A stretch of DNA of 64,000 bases from positions 124,001-188,000 of IMG/VR virus record IMGVR_UViG_3300046653_000093; one strand, 5' to 3'. Of the stretch, positions 1 through 11,100 are shown in pieces. Position 1 is the stretch's first letter; each line of letters begins with the position of its first letter. The notes beneath the pieces were generated by a model that was not told the DNA's origin, did not search any database, and saw only the letters and a list, made by a program, of their open reading frames with translations. The position numbers and the translations under genes are program-made.

Positions 1-96
1 TGCGTTTATATAAATGCTACTAAGGCACTTGCCGTTTTTGGATTTGGCAAGTTCATTACAGTCGTTGATTGTTATCTTCCTATATTGATTAGACAT
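1..96 (-). CDS. Partial CDS (runs off left edge): zinc-ribbon-repeat/endonuclease-associated protein
   Basis: Manual translation from ATG at 96 gives MSNQYRKITINDCNELAKSKNGKCLSSIYINA..., resembling the xTIxxxxxxAxxxGGKCLSxxYxN repeat of phage/giant-virus endonuclease-like proteins. Not in the ORF track (too short). Confidence 0.55.
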   Translation of the reverse strand, partial: MSNQYRKITINDCNELAKSKNGKCLSSIYINA

Positions 97-129
97 AGCA
101 TTCCTATCAGTAAGAATATATAATTATGC

Positions 130-810
130 CTATTTATTGCCCCATATTTCTATAAACGTTTTCTTAGACTTCAAATACAGATCTGATAATACTTTCTTCC
201 CGGTAACTCTGCCAATGTGTCTGACAGGCACATCAACAACTTTAAACTCAATACCAAGGCCCTTAGCTCTAAAGGATAGGTCAGTATCCTCGAAGTAAGA
301 TATGAACTTAGTAGAAAATGGACCAACATCGCCTTCTAGAATCAAACGATCCCAAGTAGCAACAGAGGCAGTGATATTCCATCCGCTTAGGTAGAAAAGA
401 AACCCAGTCGTAGGAAGCTTGTTCATCTCACGAACAAAGTTCAAATGAATATCTAACAGCCCAATGGTTGGACCTACAAGGAACCCATTTTGAGCCTCAC
501 GAATAATAGGCTCTGTCCACACAGAATTTTCCTCGGCAATACGAATATCATTGTTGAGGAACATTATGTTTTCATAACCGAGACTGACAGCCCTTTCGTA
601 ACCAGTATTGCACCCCTTAGCAAACCCAAGATTCTTGGAATGTCGTACGACAGACAATCTGGCTGATGATTGTAGTTGTTTGGTACTGTCTGTGCTTCCA
701 TTATCCACTACAACAAACCCATGGTCTTGTGGAAGATGGGATAGATCTGATAATGCGCGCTTTGTATATGCCCAATTGTTCCAGGCCGGAATAACGATAG
801 CTAAACTCAT
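130..810 (-). CDS. Glycosyltransferase family 2 (GT-A; WbbL/rhamnosyltransferase-like)
   Basis: Motifs IVIPAWN, VVVDNGSTD, NLGFAKGCN, FLNND and YFEDTDLSFRA. Confidence 0.9.
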   Translation of the reverse strand: MSLAIVIPAWNNWAYTKRALSDLSHLPQDHGFVVVDNGSTDSTKQLQSSARLSVVRHSKNLGFAKGCNTGYERAVSLGYENIMFLNNDIRIAEENSVWTEPIIREAQNGFLVGPTIGLLDIHLNFVREMNKLPTTGFLFYLSGWNITASVATWDRLILEGDVGPFSTKFISYFEDTDLSFRAKGLGIEFKVVDVPVRHIGRVTGKKVLSDLYLKSKKTFIEIWGNK

Positions 811-822
811 TTATTTCTCCAT

Positions 823-1944
823 TCAAGGTACGCACATGTCTATAATTTTTTGGGCTGCATTATTCCAAGTGAACTTGCTAGCAGTATCTGTCATATTTTG
901 AGCAAACCCAGCTTTCAATGAATCTAATTCAAATACAGCCCTTCGAAGTTTTTGGGCAGCGTCATCAGTATCAATCTCAAAATGAACAGCAAATGGATTG
1001 AATGCCCAATATTGATGATCTCTTGGTGCCCTTGTGATTGTGCCATCTATAAGAATAGAATTCTCATCATTACAGAAATCTAGTTGTCCACCATATCTAG
1101 GAACTACATTAACAATTCCAGAAGCTAGAGCTTCCAATGATGGTAGATGCCAACACTCAGCATAAGTAGCAGAGAAATTTATATCACAAGACTTATAGAT
1201 GTCTGCGATATTTGTTATATATGAATGGACAAACTCTACTTCGGCGTGCTGTGGAAACTTAGATTGAAAAGTTTTAAACAACGCAGTGAAGTCTATGTCA
1301 AATGGATGGTCTTTCTTGTTATGCTTGAATACTTTAGCTATCAAACATACATCATCATCCTTGGTAAAAGCTTTACCAAAAGCCTTAAGAGCTAAATGTA
1401 ATGCTTTGCGCCGATGTGGCTGGGCAATATTAAGAAGTATCTTCTTTGTCTTCCTAGTATTTAGCTTGAATGTATTATCACTCTTGAAATCTTCAAGATT
1501 TATTCCATGAGGAACTACCATCATCTTTTCTATGGGGATACCCATACTAATAAATACATCTCTAGAGAAATTAGATGAAGGAAGAACAAGGTCAGTTGAT
1601 TTGTAAAACTTAGAAAAACCTTGAAGTAATGCTAAGTACTTATCATCTGACCTTTTATTGTTGTATTCGTAATTCCAAATACCAAATCTATTCTTTGTAC
1701 CCCATTTAAGATAATTTGGCCAATTATGAGGTGCTGTGTAGCTAATTTGGCAGTCATATAATCCAGATGGTTCTTGTTTAACAAATGGCATTATATCCTC
1801 TGGTATAAATCTCTTTTCAAGTCCATCTGTAGAAATAAACTCTACATTATGTCCTAACTTAATAAGTGATCTGCCTAAATTCTGCCCAACCACACTCCAA
1901 CTATGATTTTGGCCAAATAGAAATTGTTGGATTTTTATTCTCAT
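823..1944 (-). CDS. Glycosyltransferase family 4 (GT-B)
   Basis: PSSNFSRD, VVPHGINLEDF, RRK, E-x7-E motif ECWHLPSLEALASG, C-terminal FTWNNAAQKI. Confidence 0.9.
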   Translation of the reverse strand: MRIKIQQFLFGQNHSWSVVGQNLGRSLIKLGHNVEFISTDGLEKRFIPEDIMPFVKQEPSGLYDCQISYTAPHNWPNYLKWGTKNRFGIWNYEYNNKRSDDKYLALLQGFSKFYKSTDLVLPSSNFSRDVFISMGIPIEKMMVVPHGINLEDFKSDNTFKLNTRKTKKILLNIAQPHRRKALHLALKAFGKAFTKDDDVCLIAKVFKHNKKDHPFDIDFTALFKTFQSKFPQHAEVEFVHSYITNIADIYKSCDINFSATYAECWHLPSLEALASGIVNVVPRYGGQLDFCNDENSILIDGTITRAPRDHQYWAFNPFAVHFEIDTDDAAQKLRRAVFELDSLKAGFAQNMTDTASKFTWNNAAQKIIDMCVP

Positions 1945-1982
1945 ATACTATATGAGATATTGAATTACATATCCTCGACTTA

Positions 1983-2117
1983 TTACTCGCAATCACCTGC
2001 ATCGCAAGCTACCGCTCCGGCATCCGAAACAGATGCATCAGCTTGGTGATTTGGCTTGTTGGTACAAGAGACTAATAAAACCGACAAAAACAAAAACAAT
2101 GCAACGAACCCTTTCAT
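1983..2117 (-). CDS. Small lipoprotein (44 aa)
   Basis: Manual translation MKGFVALFLFLSVLLVSC-TNKPNHQADASVSDAGAVACDAGDCE: basic N-terminus, hydrophobic core, lipobox LVSC; GGAGA RBS upstream. Not in the ORF track. Confidence 0.75.
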   Translation of the reverse strand: MKGFVALFLFLSVLLVSCTNKPNHQADASVSDAGAVACDAGDCE

Positions 2118-2131
2118 TTTATTCTCCATTT

Positions 2132-2189
2132 TAAAGCAGCAATACCCAGTCACTCATAAATGAATGGCATTAGGTAACTACTGTTTTAG
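2132..2189 (-). promoter_or_regulatory. Long imperfect RNA hairpin just 5' of the lipoprotein RBS
   Basis: On the - strand UAAAACAGUAGUUACCUAAUGCCAUUCAU pairs with AUGAGUGACUGGGUAUUGCUGCUUUA using several G-U pairs. Confidence 0.4.
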
Positions 2190-2193
2190 TTTT

Positions 2194-5193
2194 TTATGTT
2201 ACGCCAGAAGCGAACAAACCAGCAACTTGATTTGATGGAATCACCAATGGTGTATTATTCCATCCGGCTTTCTTGAGATATACCGTGATCATGATCTTGG
2301 TTCTCAATTCGTTATACAAGGCACTATTTGATATATCATTCATCGTAAGCGTCATCAAGCCAGTAGCCTGGTCCATATTTACGCCAATGATATTATCTAC
2401 AATAATACCGTAGCCATCCTGATCCATTCCATCCTGATTTGGGAATATTGATTGAATCGACACACCAAATCTCACTTGATTTTTAACAAATGCATCAAGT
2501 TTTACAGTAGTACAATCAGAAAACCTAGCCGCCGGATATCCAGCTGAAGTAAAACCATCTCCATCGTCTACAACAAGTTTCTGGAACACGTTGATTATAG
2601 CGTGATTGAACATTACCTCTTGCGGAAGTTCCAAGACAATAAAATGAATGTCAACGTCTTGCTTGAAATAGTTGCCATCCTTATCGATGATTTGCCCTTT
2701 GCCAATAATAAGATTATCCGGAACGAAGAAATCATTTCTTCCAGGATCGCATGCGCCTCCGAATTCAAATGGATCTATGCAAACAACAGGAGTTGTATTT
2801 GAGCACTGACCAGTTATTTGATCTACCAAGCTAGCAGTTGAGCTGGGAAATGTAAATGTCGCAGGAACAAGCCTGGCATTACTACTAACTTGAAGCATGT
2901 AGTCTTTCCAGAACAATATTGGGTTTACAACAAATGGTAGTGGGATAAATGGCACTGCAAGGAAAGCAGGATCATCAGCTGAAATATCCGGTATGCTATT
3001 ATAACCGTAGTATTGTAGCTCAATACTAGACAAATTAGATATATCTACTACATTTAGACTATCACCATTGATTCTAATATACCCATCGCAATTGTTGTAT
3101 CCATCATAACGACAGCAATCATAATAACCATCATAACGACCGGTTGGGTTTTGAACCTCTATTTCAAGGTGCGTAAAGCTAGAGCCTGCTGGGAATGAGT
3201 GATAGCCGTCCTTAGAAACATATGCTGAAATCCTATCAACATCTGCATGCGTAATATAGCCATCTCCATCAACATCAGCTCGAATGATCTCTAGAGTATC
3301 AAAAACCCCAGCATTAATTAGAGCCTGCGTTGATTCTAAAGATAACGATTGCCCAAGGAGAGCTGTGGCACGATCTATATCGCTTGAGTCAATAACTCCA
3401 TCGCCATTAACATCTCCATACCCATCTGTGCACAATCGTACGTTAGAAATGGTGTAACCAATACCTGCGCAATTATTATTTGGAATTAGTTTGCTACCAA
3501 TAAGCTGCTGCGAAATCAAATCAGGATTTGGATTTATTACAATAAACTTATTGCCCTTAGCTAATCCAGGGAAGATTTGAGTACCAGAAATTATGTTGTT
3601 CACTTTGGCATTGACATCTCGCGCACAGCCAATGATCAAAGGATCATTAGATTCACTCAATGTAGCCAAGTTGGCATTGGTAACGAAACTAAAACTTGGT
3701 TCGAACTGCTGGCGTGAAAAAACTGGATTGCCAGTACGCTCATCTTGTTGCTGTTGAGATTGTGATTCAATAGCTTCTACTACAGCAGTGTTTAGAGTGT
3801 TTTGCCCGGTATCTGCAAATGGGTTTTGGCCAAATGAATAATCTACAACCGCACCCAGTTCATTGACTATGGTCTTTGTAATCTGGACACCATTACCAGC
3901 ATCATAGGCCATACCATCAGCAACCTTGGCGGCATCTGACCATACTTGATACCAAATATCTTCTTCTGTAACATCTGTCCATTCACTGGTGAATATGGAA
4001 AGACGATCATCTGTACTCTGACTGTTTCCTATTCCCGTAAACAAAGTACCAACGCTACTGTCTCCGGCACGTCCAATTGAAATGGCATAATATTTACCTG
4101 GTACAATAACAGGATTTGATGCGTTACCAAGAATTGAATTGTTGTATATCAGGTCAATTGGTTGAAGAACATCAGTAAGAATGTAACCTAGATTCTGCAA
4201 GCTTTGCTTGTTGATGCTAAACTGAGTTATCGGAATAGGATTTGGATCAAATTCAATTGCCAACCCAGGCACCAATTCATTTGGAGAAGTAATGGTGCTT
4301 TGAAGCTCGTATACACTAACTACAAGCTCTCCACTCCAATCGAAATAATTGGCTATAACCGAACCATTCTTACGAACGCCAAGTAGAACGGTAATCTTCT
4401 GGATATTATTGCATTTGGCCAAAAACTTTTCAGCTACACGCGTTGTAACATCTCCAGTAGCAAATTCAAAATCTCGCTTCACAGTTGTATTGATTTGAAG
4501 AGCATCAACATTATATTGAGGCCCAATACCTGCCTGAATCGTTTGAGCTAAGGTAACCGCTGGGTTTGGAGATGAGTTTTTGAAATCTCTGAAAAATAAG
4601 TTCGGTTGCACATCTTGTGCAATCATAATAGGATCGCGAGACAACTCAAGTGCCGTTGTTTCTCGGATAACTACACGTCCCCCTAGAGCACGAGAACAAT
4701 TGTCATTACCAAGAAAGTCATTAAAGAATACCGAAAGTATTCGGGTGTAGTGTTTCTTGGTAACTTGCTTCTCTTTCTTGTAAAAGTAAAAACTATCGTA
4801 TTGTATGTTTTCCTGGAAATCCAAACCAATAATCAATACCTTGGTACTGAGACGGCCTCCAACATTCGAAAACCCATTAGCATCAGAATCAGATAGTTCT
4901 ACTTCAAGTTGATTTCCCAACTTACTATCACTCGGTTGCGCTAATGGCCTCAGACCAGTACCATCTAAATCGTGAGATGCTATCAGTGCCTCTTGATCAG
5001 AGAACATATTATCAGTATCAAAAACTACATTTTGAGCCGATGCAGATGGAAGTACGCCCGAGCCAAAGTGATTTTGTATAATCGAAGCATCAATCTTGAC
5101 ATTCCGATCTTGCTCTGTAGTCATATCGGTCTGATCGACTTGCTGACCGTCGTACCAAAGAACTTGAATTTGTGATACTGGATTTTGGTTCAT
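2194..5193 (-). CDS. Tail/baseplate-associated virion protein with a dockerin-like (paired EF-hand) domain
   Basis: Directly downstream of the wedge genes; GDVNGDGVIDSSD...ADVDGDGYITHAD duplicated Ca-binding loops; 7 DGY motifs. Confidence 0.6.
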   Translation of the reverse strand: MNQNPVSQIQVLWYDGQQVDQTDMTTEQDRNVKIDASIIQNHFGSGVLPSASAQNVVFDTDNMFSDQEALIASHDLDGTGLRPLAQPSDSKLGNQLEVELSDSDANGFSNVGGRLSTKVLIIGLDFQENIQYDSFYFYKKEKQVTKKHYTRILSVFFNDFLGNDNCSRALGGRVVIRETTALELSRDPIMIAQDVQPNLFFRDFKNSSPNPAVTLAQTIQAGIGPQYNVDALQINTTVKRDFEFATGDVTTRVAEKFLAKCNNIQKITVLLGVRKNGSVIANYFDWSGELVVSVYELQSTITSPNELVPGLAIEFDPNPIPITQFSINKQSLQNLGYILTDVLQPIDLIYNNSILGNASNPVIVPGKYYAISIGRAGDSSVGTLFTGIGNSQSTDDRLSIFTSEWTDVTEEDIWYQVWSDAAKVADGMAYDAGNGVQITKTIVNELGAVVDYSFGQNPFADTGQNTLNTAVVEAIESQSQQQQDERTGNPVFSRQQFEPSFSFVTNANLATLSESNDPLIIGCARDVNAKVNNIISGTQIFPGLAKGNKFIVINPNPDLISQQLIGSKLIPNNNCAGIGYTISNVRLCTDGYGDVNGDGVIDSSDIDRATALLGQSLSLESTQALINAGVFDTLEIIRADVDGDGYITHADVDRISAYVSKDGYHSFPAGSSFTHLEIEVQNPTGRYDGYYDCCRYDGYNNCDGYIRINGDSLNVVDISNLSSIELQYYGYNSIPDISADDPAFLAVPFIPLPFVVNPILFWKDYMLQVSSNARLVPATFTFPSSTASLVDQITGQCSNTTPVVCIDPFEFGGACDPGRNDFFVPDNLIIGKGQIIDKDGNYFKQDVDIHFIVLELPQEVMFNHAIINVFQKLVVDDGDGFTSAGYPAARFSDCTTVKLDAFVKNQVRFGVSIQSIFPNQDGMDQDGYGIIVDNIIGVNMDQATGLMTLTMNDISNSALYNELRTKIMITVYLKKAGWNNTPLVIPSNQVAGLFASGVT

Positions 5194-5195
5194 AT

Positions 5196-8100
5196 TTACT
5201 TCACATATTTAATACCAACCGTAGAAACGGCCGGCTTGAGGGCATTGATCAAGGCCTCCAACACGGTTTGGATACGAAGATCTCCTGTAACTATGTTAAA
5301 AGAATCAATGATATTGATGTCAAAATTGAAAATGCCGAAAGTTGGATCGTAAATTACCGCGAAATCATCTGTTTTTTGTACAGATTTATCGAAGTCAAGC
5401 AAGAAAGTTGTGAAAGCATCCGTAATAGATGGGTAGATGAAGTCCGTATTACTGTTGAAGTAAACGTCTCGCGGCTGTCCTGCTATTACAATAGGATCAA
5501 TTGCTTTGTTCGAAATCTTCAAGTTATCAAATCTCGCCTGAGCTCCAAAGTTTCCTGCGAAATCTTGTCCAACCGAGAACTGCTGTACAGTATCAGTAAA
5601 GTTTATATCAGATCTGAAGATTTGGCTTCCCACTCCACCGACAGCCGCCTGGCCCCAGATGACACCTTGCCCGAACAACATATTGCCTTGTCCGAATAGT
5701 TGCGCCCCTCGTTCCTCTCCATCTACGAATAGACGAATCTCATCGTTATTGTCTTTACGATTGAACTTGAATGACGCACGAATTCTATGCCATGTATCGC
5801 GAGGCCAGAACACAGGCTGTCGAACTTGATATTCTTTGCTATTGGCATTTATGGTGAAGCAAATAAAGCCCTGTGGATCTTTGGAGATTGTCAACCTATC
5901 TCCACGAACACCAGTTGGAATATATGCAACTTTTACCGGAGTGTTCTGATATGGCAATGGAGTATTCAAGATGAGAGTTCTTCCATCACTGGCAATACTT
6001 CCACCATTGAAATATTCAGTTCCCTGCAAAGTTGTATCGTTAACCAAGCGCACATACAATACGCTACTGGCTCGTCTAGATAGTTTAACACGACCCTTCG
6101 TGATGCTTACGTCTTCTTCGATGATATTAGCAGCGGCATCGAAGTATATTCTAACTCCAGGATCATTATAGGTATCATATCTTGGGCTTATCCAGAACTC
6201 AATCAAACCTTCGCTGGCTGTGTTAAGCAAACCGCCATTATCAAATATAAGGCCTCTATCTTTGATTACTATACTGTGACCAAATTTTGAATTGACACTG
6301 CTGCCAGATTGAACGTATTCCTTACTTGCAAAGGTATAGAAATCGCTATCATTAATTAGCGGTAGAGATTCACAATGGAACAAAGCTAGCGTATCTATAT
6401 TCTTAACAAACGGAGATATCTTGGTTGCTCCGGTTGTGATAGATTCCTCATTGTTACCAATCGTTTCGCCAATACGAGTATCCGTAAGTTGTCTGTTCAG
6501 AATTCTAATCTCATCAAGAATACCCTTTACTGGATTTTGTAATGTGATATCATTTCCAATTATTCCAGTTTCCTTTGTCAAAGGATCAAATGGTACGGAT
6601 AGATAAGAGGCAAAGTCAATATCATACCATCCTGGCGGCAACATAAAGGCAGAATCGGTGAAGCCTGCTATCTCCAAAAATATGAATCCGTTTTGGAATC
6701 CACTACGCCCAATGCTGATATTGTACGCAGCATAAGATCCATTGGTGAAGTACCCATCAACACTATGATCTAGTTGAATCGTATAGTTATCTATTTTGTC
6801 TATTATCTTGTAGATACCAGCCGAAGATGGCGGCGAGGTAATTTTGAGCAAGTTACCAACAATAGATGCTGGGAAGTAGCCTTGTAGATCCCTAACTATG
6901 GTATAGCCACCATAGCCATCAGATTCCAAAGAGCCACCAGACTGAGTTTGGTATGCGAACCTAATAACCGGATACAGGTTGTTTCCGTTAGGCTGTGTAA
7001 TTGTGTATGCCTCTTTTATTTCAACGGCTATACTATCGTCGTAGCCATCAATTGGAGCCACATCTACAATAATCGAATCAACTTCTTGCCATTTATTTAC
7101 TGTAAGTTTCTTACCAGGATATGTAAATGTAAGTGTTTCGCTTGTTACGGATCCCAAGGCAGCATATCCATCTAGCTTCACAGTTACTGGAACTGAGAAA
7201 TTAACATTATCTCCAGTAATACGCACTTCCAATATGCGGCCTTCTGTAAGTAAAGCATTTGAATTTTGCAAGAATGTACTTGGTTGTGTGATATCGGCAT
7301 TCTCTCCTGGTCCTGTTCCGAAAATTAAATTATCCCCATAACCGTCAACTAGGAAATTTCCAAAATCATCAATTAAGTAGATAAAACTAGTACCTCCAAA
7401 AGTTGCCTCAAAAATATATCCATCTATCACGGCTGAATTTTCTGGACCGATTGAAGTCAATGGCAATACAACAGTCTTAATAGACACATCATCCAGATTG
7501 ATTGGAGGAGGAAGCCCAGTTTTAAGTAGAGAATTATTACTCCACAGGAATACCCTATCCTTAGATCGCCTATGGTTCAAACCAAACGTTTTGATAAGCA
7601 CAGTATCGCCGGCTAGGGTGTTATCAAAAATTGTCAGAATCCTCTGGTTAAGAGTGTTCCTATCAATTGAGTAAGAAGGGACTCCAGCTCTTGTTCCTGG
7701 AATTTCACGTTCATTTCCATATCCGTCTACAATAAATACACCTATGTTCTTGTAGATATCAATCTCAGTTCCGACAATAAACTGTGGCGGATTAATGATA
7801 AATCTAGCATCATTCAAAGAAGCTGACATATTGGCACTCAAGGTCATCTGAGTCCCCGATGCATTGGATATTACATACTTACCAAACCCTTGTTCCATGA
7901 TGTCAATAGTGTACCCATCATCAAGCGCAGATAGACTTAAGGATGGAGATATTACAATATTAGATCCTTGGGTTGTTATAAGGTCATTGCCAGTTATTGA
8001 ATTTGCAAATACAACCCCAACGATCTGTTCTGGAACCACTGTTCTAAATCTATTATAAGATGCAACATCTGGAATATTACCATAGCGCGCAAGGTTTGGA

Positions 8101-11100
8101 GTTTCAAAACCGTCAACATACAGGTGCATTTCATCTCTACGATCTGAGGAGTTTAGACTCCAAGAGATACCAATAGTATGCTTTTGTCCAGAGCCCCAAT
8201 TTTGTATATCGGCGCTTACTTGGTATACATTTTTTCGGTCTGGTTGTACCAATCCAAAGCCACCACGATCCCATACTTCGAAGACCAAATACCCTCGGCC
8301 GTCCTTGTATAAAGAGAATCGATTCTGAGTTTCATTCTTACCAAAATCGAAGAAATAATGTCGATCGTCTGACATTAATTGAATGCCATCAAACGAAACA
8401 CCTGGGATATATCCATCGCCATATTCATACCCATCAGGGCTGAGAACATCATAGCCATCCAGATGGAATTCAAATTCTACTGTCGAAAGCCCAGACCGTA
8501 AAATGTCAGTATCCTCTGCAAGCCCAGGAACAAAATTCACATCATAGAATGAACCAGATGTGGTAACCGTACCCGAATATACATATCCGTCAGGAACATC
8601 CTTGGCAAGAATCTTCCAATGTTTGATATCAGTGTCATAATAAATGAATATGCCATTTCTGATAAAGATCAAAGCTGGAAGGCCCTCTGGGCTATTCTCA
8701 TCTGTTCTATTGACAGAGAATGTCCCATTCGCAATGGTTGGGTTATAACATCTAGATCCAATATAAATGTTTTCTGCTGGAACTACATAGCCATCTTTGA
8801 ATAGCTCAAAGGTCAAGGTGGCATCATTGTCGATACCATCCCAATCAGTAATAACTGACAACTCAAGAGTTCCTTCTTCCAGTCTCAAGTTGTTGGAAAT
8901 TGGAAGGGTTGCTCCATCTCCAGCTTTCAAAACTGCCAAACCCTGATCGAAGAATCCGGCAGATAAATATGGCGTTCCAAAAACGGAAGATGGTACCTTT
9001 GACAAGAAACTAACGCCTAAAGACCAAAATGCTGCCTCTACAATTTTAGGATCAATTTGGGTTACGCTGGAAATCAGTTCCTTCATTGCCGGTATTGTTG
9101 GACCTTGCGTAAATGTCTGCAAAGCTCCCTGAAGGATATCGCGGTAGATTTCACGATCCAATTCCTCATCAAATACTTGAAGCTCTGGAATTTGAACTAA
9201 AGTTCCGAAGTTCTGAAGCAAGGAGTTGCGCAAAGCTCCAATAGAATACGTTGTGTAATAAGTATCTCCTTCTTTGAATGTATTACTGGTACGATGATCA
9301 ATAACATTATCGCCCCATTCATACGAGACTAAAAGTTCATCTGTTACACTTGAATAATCAACAAAAAAATCTCCACGGTTGTAATCTACAATTGGAGTTG
9401 CCTCTCCATTCATTATAACGGTGTATTGGACATTAACAACATCACCAGAAACTGCAAATGCGTTACTTAGATAAATGACGTTACCAAGAGAATATGTATA
9501 TCCATCGACAAGCTGATATCCATCACTTACTCTGATAACACTTGTGACTTCTCCTACTTCAATGCCCGCTGATATAAATGGTACAGTAATTGTTAGAGTA
9601 CCACTTACCACCTCTTGTGATGTTTGAGCAATTCCTCCAAGGGTAATTACATTGGCCGAGATGGTTGCCGAATCTGCAAAGTTTATTGGGCTTACATGAT
9701 TGTTTAGATCGTACGCGTCATACAGACTACGAAGCGTATCGATATCATCAGTTACCGTAATCGTGTTCTCAAAAACGAAATAAGGATTCGTTGGGTCTTT
9801 GTTTGTGAAGCGCTCATCCGAAACGTCCATGAGGCTTGGTGTTGGGGTTATGGCCGCTTCTCCAAATGAAATGTAATCCAAAATCTTCGAAGGCCCAAAG
9901 TTTGGATTTATACTGTTGTAGACTTGAGAAACTGAGACAACATGAGGATTTACAGGAGAGATAACAGGAATCTTGTAAGAGACCGTTCCAATGCTAAGGC
10001 TTTGATTATTCGTAACTCCTACATATATAATACCATCGCGATAATTTATTTGATACTGACCAATAGATAGCCTGTTGGTATTAATTATCTCTGATAATTC
10101 TTGAGAATCATAATATACCTCAGTAACAAAAACATCATTCTGACTAAAACCAACGCTAGTATTAAAGCTAGACCCAATCACATCATCGGTGTTACCCATG
10201 ATATTTTGGTTCATGACTCTTATTTTTAGCACGCGAACGCTAAAGGCATTGACAAGCTCATTCTCAAGAATCAATGACTCATTCAAAACAGAAGCAAAAG
10301 ACGCCCTCTCTAGAGTGATATTGGTAATTTTTGGTGGAGTTCTTGAATCAAAGAATATCTTGTTATCAGTGATTCTTCTGAGCGTATATATTTCTCCAGT
10401 TGTTTCGTTGTAGATTCTAAAAACATCTGTAATTGGTGCGTTTATAGTATATAGCGAATCCAATGTTGCAAGGCGATTTTGAACTCGCTCATTCAAACTC
10501 TCAACATGTACATTGGCTACATAGTCAATACCAGGGACATAGGTTTGCTCAAAAAGATAGTTGATCTTTGCTGTTTGTGTCACCAATTCTCGAAGAGGGG
10601 ATGCGACAAGATCTCTAAACTCAGGAACATAGGTATAGTCTAAACGAGAAATATATGTTTTTCGGTAGTAGTAATTCATGGCCGGAGGGAAATCTCCAGT
10701 TCCATCATTTTTAATCGCTCCGTAAACGAAAACACGACCGGTTGTATAATCAACCGAATATTCTCCAGGATAATTTGGCAGACCGCCTTCACGATACGGA
10801 ATTTCATTCGAGAAAGCTGGATGAGTATCAATGAACGGAGTCGCTGAATAAGGATCTAAGAACTGAACACCGCCAGATGTTGGTATTTTATCTCCGGCCG
10901 TAACTACCGGAGCATTTTGCAGCGAAAACATCGTGGTAATTGCAGGAGCAACTTCTCTGATAACCTGATTTACCTGAACAACAGAAACGCTAGTATCATC
11001 GATGATACGACCCAACGATTTGTATTCGTAAGAAACTACAATCTTATCATTACCGCTAGGGAGCACAAAGGTTGGATCGTCTTTTAGAGTGTCATTAAGT

